DNA of 32,000 nt from NCBI RefSeq assembly GCF_019464535.1, contig NZ_CP080507.1, positions 750,001 to 782,000 on the forward strand. Direction: 5' to 3'. The DNA comes from Horticoccus luteus (GTDB lineage: Bacteria; Verrucomicrobiota; Verrucomicrobiia; Opitutales; Opitutaceae). The notes beneath the pieces are model-generated. The model did no database searches, had not been told where the DNA came from, and saw only the letters and a program-made list of their open reading frames with translations. Below are positions 25,514 to 32,000 of this stretch, one piece after another (the first letter of the stretch is position 1; each line of letters opens with the position of its first letter). Both the position numbers and the translations under genes were made by a program.

Positions 25514-26397
25514 GCCGCGGCAGGGTTGAGCGGCAGAAAGTTGAACCAGAGTTCGGGGGCGGTGCGCAGTTCGGCTTCGAGCCGGGTGAGAAACGCCTGG
25601 AAGTGGGCGTGGGCGCGGTCGAGGTTTTCGGCGCGCGCGCCGGCCTGGGGGCGAAAGAGGGGCGAGCTGAGGATCGAGGTGCGGCCGGGGCCGGCGGGCA
25701 CGCCGACGCAGAGGACGACGGGCACATTGAAGATGAGCGCGAGGTGATAAATGGTGAAGGGGAACTTGCGGCGCGCGCCGAGGAAATCGAAGGCGGCGGT
25801 TTTGGCGCTGAACTCGAGGCGATCGCATTTCAGCGCCACGGATCCGCCCGCCGCAATGGCCTCTTTGAGGGCGAAGAGGAGATTGGCGGGATCGTTGACC
25901 CAGATGAATTTCACCCAGTCGCCGAAGCGCGCGCCGAGCACATCGACGTCGTGCGAGTTGCCCACGCGCTGGCGCACCATGAAGACGCGGCGTTGCTCCT
26001 GACGGCCGAGGAGAAAGCCGGTGAGATCGGAGTGGCCGACGTGAAACGTGCCGAGAAGCGCGGGCTCGCCCGAGGCGAGGAGTTCGCGGAAACCGGTGGC
26101 ATCGGGCGCGAGTTCACCACGGTGCGGCTGGCCGTTGGCGACGCGCAGTTTGAGCATGAGGAACTCCTCGAACGCGAAGAAATGCCGGAAAATTTCGCGG
26201 TGGGTGGCGGGCCGGCCGTGGATCAGCGTGAGGTAATCGCGCGAGGCGCGGCGTTGAGCGGGCATGCGCAGGAGCGCGATCCACGTGCCGAACGCGCGCA
26301 GGGGACGGAAGAGAAATTCGGGCAGCGCGTAATCGGCGAGGCACAGAAACTGGTAGCCCCAACTCGGACCTGGGTTGCGCGGAGCGGGCGGCGTCAC
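25510..26397 (-). CDS. LpxL/HtrB-like (lipid A biosynthesis-type) acyltransferase
   Basis: Its length (~295 aa), the HX4D motif in TFHVGHSDL and the overall pattern fit the lauroyl/myristoyl acyltransferase family seen in APE/xanthomonadin loci. The GTG start overlaps the upstream stop (GTGA). Confidence 0.65.
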   Translation of the reverse strand: MTPPAPRNPGPSWGYQFLCLADYALPEFLFRPLRAFGTWIALLRMPAQRRASRDYLTLIHGRPATHREIFRHFFAFEEFLMLKLRVANGQPHRGELAPDATGFRELLASGEPALLGTFHVGHSDLTGFLLGRQEQRRVFMVRQRVGNSHDVDVLGARFGDWVKFIWVNDPANLLFALKEAIAAGGSVALKCDRLEFSAKTAAFDFLGARRKFPFTIYHLALIFNVPVVLCVGVPAGPGRTSILSSPLFRPQAGARAENLDRAHAHFQAFLTRLEAELRTAPELWFNFLPLNPAAA

Positions 26398-27050
26398 GAC
26401 CAGTCAAGTTTGAGATGAAGGCCGGGCGCGGCGGTCACGTCGAGGGGGCGCCGGGAGGTGAGGACCTCGAACAGTTGCGTGACGGTGAGCTCGGCGGCGG
26501 AATCTTCGGGGACGGCGGTGAGGCGCACGCGCGCGAGGGCGGCGGTGGGCTGGGTGGTCAACGCGCAGGCGAAGGCGAAGCTGCGGTCGCTGGCGGCGCT
26601 GCGGTCGAGGAGCCAGGTGCCGCGTTCCTCGCCGCCGCAGAAAATGACGCGTGGGGAAGGGGCGAGGAAAGCGGTCTGCAATGCGTGCGCGACGAGGTGA
26701 GCGCGGCCGGTGAGCGGGAAGAATTCGCGCACGGCGTGCTGTTTGCCGATGAGCGCTTGCTGGACCGCGCTGGGATGGATGGAGGTTTGAAAGAGCGTGG
26801 GACTCGCGGAGGGGAAGCTGTCGAGGTAGTCTTCGAGCGCACGGGTCTCGGCATAGGTTGATGCGTAAACGACGGCGTCGGCGGGTGCGGGCGGCACCTC
26901 GTCGAGGGCGGTGGCGACAAGGAGGCCGAGCTGCGTCATGCGCCGGGTGGCGCCGCGGGGGAAGCGGTCCTTGAGGCGTTCGCGGGTGGCGGCGGGCGGC
27001 TCGGCGGCGGCGTCCTGCAGGCTGAGGGCGGAGAGGTAGCGTTCAAGCAT
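26394..27050 (-). CDS. Cys-less ketosynthase N-terminal-like protein (chain-length-factor-like KS partner)
   Basis: The 218-aa protein shows the RRMTQLGLLVATAL and FQTSIHPSAVQQALIG blocks of KS N-domains. It has no active-site Cys at the expected position and no C-terminal His motifs. It overlaps the upstream KS by 8 nt. Confidence 0.55.
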   Translation of the reverse strand: MLERYLSALSLQDAAAEPPAATRERLKDRFPRGATRRMTQLGLLVATALDEVPPAPADAVVYASTYAETRALEDYLDSFPSASPTLFQTSIHPSAVQQALIGKQHAVREFFPLTGRAHLVAHALQTAFLAPSPRVIFCGGEERGTWLLDRSAASDRSFAFACALTTQPTAALARVRLTAVPEDSAAELTVTQLFEVLTSRRPLDVTAAPGLHLKLDWS

Positions 27051-28152
27051 GGCTCAGCAGGAAGGCGCCGTGCGCGCCGCCGAAGGCGTTGCTCGCGCAG
27101 AGGACGGCGTCGAACGCCGCGGTGGAGAAAGGTTCGAGCGCGACCGGCGGGGTGAAGGTGGGCGCAGTGGTGCCGACCGTGCCGGGTGCGCGGCCGCGAC
27201 GGAGCGCGACGGCGGCGAGGGCGAGTTCGACGAGGCCACAACTGCCGAGGGTGTGGCCGAGGCTGCCTTTCCATGAGACGAGCGGAGCGTCGGGAAACGC
27301 GGCGGCGAGCGCGGCGGATTCGAGGCGGCCGGCCTCAAGGGTGCCGGTGCCGTGGCCCTTCAACCACATGCGGCGGCCGGCGGCGGCGGTGCGCAATGGT
27401 TCGAGGGCCGCGGCGAAACCGGAGCCATCGGCGGCGTTGGCGGTGAAGTGGTGCATCTCGTTGAAGAGCGACTGCGCGAGAAGCGTGAGATCGCCGTCGG
27501 TAGAGGTGGCGGGAGCGAGGACGGCGAAGGCGGCGCCGTCGCCGAGACCGATGGAGCCGGTGGGGCGGTCGGCGTAGGGCGCGGGAAACTGGGCGTTGAG
27601 AATCTTGAGCGCGTGAAAGCCGCCGGCGACGAAGGGGCTGAGAAAATCGAAGGAGAAAACGAGCGCGCGTTCGGCGAAACCGGCGGCGAGGGCGCGGGTG
27701 GCGAGAAGCAGGCCGAGGTGCGCGGAGACGCAGGCGTGGGAGAGCGTGGTGACGTTGGCGCCCCAACCGAGCGTGGCGGCGATGGTTTCGACGGAAAGGT
27801 GCGGCGTGCCGTAGGCGAGGTGCGCGGGGTCGGCGGTGCGGCGAAAGGCGTAGAGGCTGCCGACGCCAAAATTGCTGCTGGTGACGAAAACGGGGCGGCG
27901 GGCGGTGCCCCAGCCGTCGCCGGGGATTTCGACCGCGAGCGCGCGGAGGAAAGGCAGCCAGTTGGGCGGGGCGGATTCGTCGAAGGCACGGCCGGGCACG
28001 AGGGCGAGCGGGACGGATTCGCCGCCGTCGCGGCCGAGCACGGGCGTGAGTTGGAGGGCGCGTTCGCCGCGGAGGAGGGCGGCGTGCGTGGCGGCGGCGG
28101 AGCCGAAGGCGGTGAGGCAACCGGTGGCGGCGAGGCGGACGGAATCGGACAC
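27043..28152 (-). CDS. Beta-ketoacyl-ACP synthase (short, APE-type KS)
   Basis: C-H-H triad motifs: LSHACVSAH (Cys), KGHGTGTLEAGRLESAAL (His) and KGSLGHTLGSCGLVE (His). The start is GTG at 28152. Confidence 0.8.
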   Translation of the reverse strand: MSDSVRLAATGCLTAFGSAAATHAALLRGERALQLTPVLGRDGGESVPLALVPGRAFDESAPPNWLPFLRALAVEIPGDGWGTARRPVFVTSSNFGVGSLYAFRRTADPAHLAYGTPHLSVETIAATLGWGANVTTLSHACVSAHLGLLLATRALAAGFAERALVFSFDFLSPFVAGGFHALKILNAQFPAPYADRPTGSIGLGDGAAFAVLAPATSTDGDLTLLAQSLFNEMHHFTANAADGSGFAAALEPLRTAAAGRRMWLKGHGTGTLEAGRLESAALAAAFPDAPLVSWKGSLGHTLGSCGLVELALAAVALRRGRAPGTVGTTAPTFTPPVALEPFSTAAFDAVLCASNAFGGAHGAFLLSHA

Positions 28153-28177
28153 GGCGAAGGCGCGCGCAGCGGCGCGA

Positions 28178-28453
28178 TCAGCGCGGGAGGCGCGAGGGGT
28201 CGGCGCGGCTGCGGATGAATTCGGCGAGGTGGGCGATGCTGGCGAGGGCCGCGCGCGATTCCTCGCTGCTGGAGATCTTGATGCCGAATTCTTTTTCGAG
28301 CGTGACGACGAGTTCGAGGGCGTCGATCGAGTCGAGATTGAGGCCGGAGCCGATGAGAGGCTCGTCGTCGGCGAGATCCTCGGGACGGACGTCCTCGAGT
28401 TTCAGGCGGGTGACGATGAGCTCTTTCAGGCGGGCGATGAGAGGATCGGGCAT
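28178..28453 (-). CDS. Acyl carrier protein
   Basis: The 91-aa protein has the phosphopantetheine site LNLDSIDALELV and the typical acidic helix II. Confidence 0.85.
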   Translation of the reverse strand: MPDPLIARLKELIVTRLKLEDVRPEDLADDEPLIGSGLNLDSIDALELVVTLEKEFGIKISSSEESRAALASIAHLAEFIRSRADPSRLPR

Positions 28454-28471
28454 GGGTAAGGACAGGATGCT

Positions 28472-29098
28472 TCAGCGAACGGGAGAGGTGACACCATCTT
28501 CAGGCAGGAGGCGGCGCCATTGTTTGTCTTGTTCCAACATCCGAGCCCATTTGTCGCTGTAGTCGGCGCGGCGAGCCTGAATATCCGAAGCGTGCGTCTG
28601 GCCATAGTCTAATGATTTGGCGTCCGGTTTCACGAAATGACACGCGGCGAGCCATTGGCGAAGGTTGGCCGAATCGAGACGAAATTCCTTTTCGGCGTGA
28701 TTAACTTTGAAGGGGTGCAGAGAGAACCGCGCTTTCCACATGCCGGTTCGAGGGGTGACGATCGCGTAATAAATTTTGCCCGCGTCGAGCCTTGCTTCCA
28801 TGAAGTCGGCGTTCTCTGAGATGACCATGAAGAGGCGGTCGCCGGGGGGGCAATAGTAAGCCACTTTTTCTTTAGGTCCGAGGACAGCAATCAGCTTGTT
28901 TTGATCGCCGGTGGCATCGAACACGGAAGAGGAAATTGCCGCGCCAAAAGTGGATGGCCGCATGATGACCACCAATGCTTGATCGGGCTTGGCAGGGTAG
29001 TCGGTGTTGCTGTCGGCCACGGTGAAACGGCCGGTGGCGCAGCCCGACAGGAATCCACAGAGAACAAGAAGGAGGACGGGGAGGTGGAACTTTGGCAT
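28472..29098 (-). CDS. Lipoprotein of unknown function (DUF2846-like N-terminal pattern), compositionally atypical
   Basis: It has a canonical lipobox, LLLVLCGFLSG|C. Its composition is coherent and non-repetitive with many A/T-ending codons, unlike its neighbours. It occupies the 3' end of a 567-aa ORF whose upstream part is a shadow of the KS gene. ATG 29098 lies 8 nt after the KS stop. Confidence 0.6.
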   Translation of the reverse strand: MPKFHLPVLLLVLCGFLSGCATGRFTVADSNTDYPAKPDQALVVIMRPSTFGAAISSSVFDATGDQNKLIAVLGPKEKVAYYCPPGDRLFMVISENADFMEARLDAGKIYYAIVTPRTGMWKARFSLHPFKVNHAEKEFRLDSANLRQWLAACHFVKPDAKSLDYGQTHASDIQARRADYSDKWARMLEQDKQWRRLLPEDGVTSPVR

Positions 29099-29106
29099 AA
29101 TCGAAA

Positions 29107-30369
29107 TCACGGGGCGCGGAGGACGTGGCAGACGTTGCTGCCGCCGAAGCCGCTGCTGTTGTTCAACACGAGCGATGGGGCGGCGTCGAGGGTGTTGCGG
29201 GGAAGGTCGAGGCCCGCGCACGCTTCGTCGGGCGTGGTGAGGTTGGCGTTGCCGGGCGTGAAGCCGTCGCGCAGCGCGAGCGCACAAAAGGCGGTCTCCA
29301 TCACGCCGGCCATGGAGAGCGGGTGGCCGGTGAGGCCTTTCGTGCTGCTGATGCGCGGGCGGACGCCGGCGTCGGTGAACGCGCGCCGCAGCGCAAGGGC
29401 CTCGGAGCGATCGCCGGCGGGGGTGGAGGTGGCGTGGGCGTTGACGTAATCGATGGCGGCGGGAGCGACGCCGGCATCGGCGAGGGCGCGGCGGATGGCC
29501 TCGGCGAGGCCGGCGCCCTCGGGGTGCGAGATGGCGACGTTGTAGCCGTCGGCGGCCTGGCCCCAGCCGATGAGCTCGGCGTAAATCGGCGCATGGCGGG
29601 CGAGGGCGGTCTCGCGTTCTTCGAGGATGAGGCAGACGGCGCCGCCGGCGGCGACGAAGCCATCGCGGGTTTGATCGAAGGGGCGCGAGGCGGTGGCGGG
29701 ATCGGGATTGGTCGAGAGCGCGCGCATCGCCGCGAAAGGGAGGATCGTCTCGGCGTTCACTTCCTCGGCGCCGACGACGAGCATGCGCGTCTGGCGTCCG
29801 AGGCGGAGGTCGTCGAGTGCGCAGCCGAGGGCGTGGCTGGAGGAGGCGCAGGCGGCGACGAAACCGCCGACGGCGCCGCGAATGCCGTAGTGCGCGGCGA
29901 GGTTGAAATTGAGGGTGCCGGCGATGGAGGCGACGACGCCCATGGGGTTGCCGCGCTCGCCGCGCACGGCGTGCATGTGCGCGAGGTGGTGATGGAGGAG
30001 AAACGCGGAGCCGGCGGAGGCGCAGTAGAGGCCGGTGGCGCCGTCGGTGAGCGCGTCGGCGGCGAGTTGCGCGTCGGTGAGGGCTTGTTCGACGGCGCAA
30101 AACGCGTAGAGGCCGTGGGGCGCGAGGCTGCGGAGCGTTTCGCGCGGGACGTTGTAACAGGGCGGAAACGTCCAATCGCGCCAGCTCGGCGAGGCGACGT
30201 CGAAGGCTTTGATGGTGCCGGCGACTTTGACGGGCAGCGCGGGGTTGCCGAGAAACTCGACGGGGGCGAGGCCGGGCGTGAGCGTGCGCAGGCTGCGGGT
30301 GACGGCAGCGCGGTCGTTGCCGATGCTCGTGATGAAGCCGAGGCCGGTGATGACCGCGCGGCGACTCAT
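29107..30369 (-). CDS. Beta-ketoacyl-ACP synthase, FabF/FabB-like (type II PKS/FAS KS)
   Basis: It starts MSRRAVITGLG. Active-site motifs are AACASSSHAL (Cys), VNAHATSTPAGDRSE (His) and TKGLTGHPLSMAGVME (His), with a C-terminal NSSGFGGSN. Confidence 0.9.
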   Translation of the reverse strand: MSRRAVITGLGFITSIGNDRAAVTRSLRTLTPGLAPVEFLGNPALPVKVAGTIKAFDVASPSWRDWTFPPCYNVPRETLRSLAPHGLYAFCAVEQALTDAQLAADALTDGATGLYCASAGSAFLLHHHLAHMHAVRGERGNPMGVVASIAGTLNFNLAAHYGIRGAVGGFVAACASSSHALGCALDDLRLGRQTRMLVVGAEEVNAETILPFAAMRALSTNPDPATASRPFDQTRDGFVAAGGAVCLILEERETALARHAPIYAELIGWGQAADGYNVAISHPEGAGLAEAIRRALADAGVAPAAIDYVNAHATSTPAGDRSEALALRRAFTDAGVRPRISSTKGLTGHPLSMAGVMETAFCALALRDGFTPGNANLTTPDEACAGLDLPRNTLDAAPSLVLNNSSGFGGSNVCHVLRAP

Positions 30370-30752
30370 GCCACAGGCGGACGGTGGGCGGGGAGCTTGC
30401 GACGGACGAAGGCGCGCAGTTCGCCCACGGTGCGGATGCTCAGGATTTCCTCGTTGCTGATGCTGACCTGAAACAGGTCCTCGATGAAGAAAACCATTTC
30501 CGTGATCGCGACGGAGTCGAAGCCGAGGTCGGCGATGAGCGCCTGTTGATCTTCGAGCGGAGCGGCGACGGCGGGCTTCTGGGGTTGGTGGTCGCGCACG
30601 ATGGCGAGCAGGACGGTGTCGGCCGCGGCGGGATTACCCGTTTCACGGAGGCAGGCAAAGGCCTCGCGAACCTCGGGCGAGAAATGCCGGAGCAGCGGGA
30701 CGTCGCCCGCGGGCGAAAGCGCGGTGTCGGAGTTGGAAGTGGAGGAGTCCAT
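30366..30752 (-). CDS. Acyl carrier protein with ~50-aa N-terminal extension
   Basis: The C-terminal ~75 aa have ADLGFDSVAITEMVFFIED (Ser attachment motif). The N-terminal extension has no recognisable family. The stop overlaps the KS start (ATGA). Confidence 0.7.
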   Translation of the reverse strand: MDSSTSNSDTALSPAGDVPLLRHFSPEVREAFACLRETGNPAAADTVLLAIVRDHQPQKPAVAAPLEDQQALIADLGFDSVAITEMVFFIEDLFQVSISNEEILSIRTVGELRAFVRRKLPAHRPPVA

Positions 30753-30761
30753 GCGCGAAAA

Positions 30762-32000
30762 TCAGGGATGCGCCGGCGCGGCGGCCAAGGGGGCCGCCGG
30801 GGCGGGCTGGGGTGAGGAAAACCATGTGCGCCAGCCTTCGGCGAGCTCGAGTCGCAGCCAGAGAAACAGCAGGCCGAGCACGCGGACGGGCAGGCGGCCG
30901 TTGAACTCGTAGCTGGTGAAGGCGAAGTAGCGGCGGTCGTTGCGGCGGCCCCAGACGCCGCGGCGGCGGCGGGACTGCGCGATCGCAGCGAAGCGGCGGT
31001 TGTAGAGCGCCATCAGGCGGAAGGGCCACTTCGAGCGCGGGTGCGCGAAGGGAGGCGTATCGAGGATGCGATGACCGTGCTTGAACGGCTGGGCGACGAT
31101 GCCGAGGTAGTAGAGCCCGAGGTCGAGCCGGAACGCCAAGGTCATGAGCTCGAAGTCGCCGACGTAGTAATATTTGTCGCGGTAGAGGGCGTTAAACCAG
31201 CGGTCGCAGCTCTGGCGGAAATCGGCGTTGTGTTTCGCGACGAGCGGGGCGACCGGGCGGCCGCGCAGGCCGGCGTCGATCAACGAGACGGCGGCGCTGA
31301 CGGAAAACGTGATCCAGTCCATGCCGGGCGAATAGAGCGGATCGATGAATGCGGCGGCGTCGCCCACGAGCACGGCGCCGTCGGTGGCGAACGTGGTGGC
31401 GGAGTAGGCGAGATTGCGGCGGAAGTGGGTGTCGCCCTCGTGCGGAGTCGCGTGGGCCAAGAGTTCGCGCGCGGCGGGATGCACGCTGAGCATGGCGCGC
31501 AGGCGTTCGGCGAGGTTGGGGCCGGGCGGAAGTTCGGCGAGGCGTTGGTCGTAAACGACGCCGATGCTGACATCGCCGCCTTTGAGCGGAATGAACCACG
31601 CCCACCAACCGTAGCCGGTGAGATGATTGGTGGCGGTGGAGCGGACGCCTTTGACGCGTTGCGACCACGAGGGATATTTGGCGGCGAAGGCGGGGTCGTC
31701 GAAGAGATGCACGCCGGACCAGCGGCCCCAGCACGTGGCGGTGAGGTGTTCGTGATTGGGGCGGAGCCAGTCTTCCTGGCGGGCGAGGAGCGCGGCGACC
31801 CCGGAGGCATCGACGACCCAGCGGGCGGAGGTGGTTTGGGCGGCGCCGGTGGCATCATCCCACTCGACGGATTGAGCGGCGCCGGGGGCGAGGTGGATTT
31901 TCTTCACGCGCACGCCGCGGTGGAGTTTGGCGCCGTCGGTCACGGCGTTGGCGAGCACGTGTTCATCGAGGACGGCGCGGTCGACCTGGTAACCGGGGAG
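30762..32000 (-). CDS. FAD-dependent halogenase-like oxidoreductase (5' end outside window)
   Basis: GYGWWAWFIPL matches the flavin-halogenase WxWxIP motif, and GDAAAFIDPLYSPG is a FAD-binding block. The frame stays open to base 32000 (LPGYQVDRAVLDEHV... upstream of the track's GTG). The N-terminal GxGxxG and catalytic Lys are not visible. Confidence 0.6.
   Translation of the reverse strand, partial: LPGYQVDRAVLDEHVLANAVTDGAKLHRGVRVKKIHLAPGAAQSVEWDDATGAAQTTSARWVVDASGVAALLARQEDWLRPNHEHLTATCWGRWSGVHLFDDPAFAAKYPSWSQRVKGVRSTATNHLTGYGWWAWFIPLKGGDVSIGVVYDQRLAELPPGPNLAERLRAMLSVHPAARELLAHATPHEGDTHFRRNLAYSATTFATDGAVLVGDAAAFIDPLYSPGMDWITFSVSAAVSLIDAGLRGRPVAPLVAKHNADFRQSCDRWFNALYRDKYYYVGDFELMTLAFRLDLGLYYLGIVAQPFKHGHRILDTPPFAHPRSKWPFRLMALYNRRFAAIAQSRRRRGVWGRRNDRRYFAFTSYEFNGRLPVRVLGLLFLWLRLELAEGWRTWFSSPQPAPAAPLAAAPAHP

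Noticed and set aside
25514-25828. An N-terminal extension of the PlsC-like ORF.
   Set aside because: It overlaps the LpxL-like CDS in another frame and is Arg/Pro-rich. ATG 25513 gives a TM-anchored PlsC-type N-terminus and an ATGA overlap with the upstream gene.
28844-28850. A G7 (C7 on the coding strand) run inside the low-GC lipoprotein gene, as a second phase-variation site.
   Set aside because: Seven residues encoding Pro-Pro-Gly is within what is expected by chance in GC-rich DNA. It is much weaker than the G10 tract, so I note it only as a possible sequencing-error hotspot.
29099-30175. The upstream two-thirds of the 567-aa ORF 28472..30175, which could suggest a large fusion protein.
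   Set aside because: That part is Arg/Pro-rich nonsense in an alternative frame of the FabF-like KS gene. Only the last ~208 codons, from ATG 29098 with a lipobox, look like a real protein.
1-32000. A search for CRISPR arrays, tRNA/rRNA genes, IS elements or integrases, toxin-antitoxin pairs and recognisable anti-phage defence modules.
   Set aside because: I saw no regularly spaced repeats, no cloverleaf-like or rRNA-like segments, and no transposase or recombinase motifs. I also saw no nuclease/ATPase/TIR/STAND-type proteins in any credible ORF. The only repeats are the short ones reported above.

Overview
This is a high-GC chromosomal segment from a diderm bacterium; the taxon cannot be set from sequence alone. 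I saw no rRNA, tRNA, CRISPR array, transposase or integrase.

The left half (1-16.8 kb) is mostly housekeeping or accessory metabolism:
- the 3' part of an M14-like peptidase gene
- a YcaQ-like winged-helix gene
- an orphan ECF sigma factor with a clean rho-independent terminator
- a treZ-treY-GH15 trehalose operon
- a D-2-hydroxyacid dehydrogenase
- an S24/S26-like exported protein
- a yqjD/elaB-yqjE-yqjK-like membrane stress operon
- an FkbO/Hyg5/XanB2-type chorismatase
- a CPA2 antiporter

The right half (17.1-32 kb, all minus strand) is the main item: a xanthomonadin/aryl-polyene-like type II PKS-lipid pigment cluster. It encodes a flavin halogenase-like enzyme, two ACPs, two C-H-H ketosynthases, a Cys-less CLF-like partner, LpxL-like and PlsC-like acyltransferases, a GT2, a LolA-like carrier, an MMPL/RND exporter and an aryl/acyl-AMP ligase. 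Most junctions are ATGA/GTGA overlaps.

Unusual points in and around the cluster:
- a visibly lower-GC lipoprotein gene is wedged between a KS and an ACP
- an FMN-dependent alpha-hydroxyacid dehydrogenase plus a decayed beta-propeller sensor fragment interrupt the cluster
- the starter-unit chorismatase sits about 1.7 kb from the nearest cluster gene, on the other strand, and carries a G10 homopolymer inside its CDS
- no dehydratase, ketoreductase or thioesterase lies in the window; these may sit beyond 32000

All functional calls rest on by-eye motif recognition and need HMM/BLAST confirmation.
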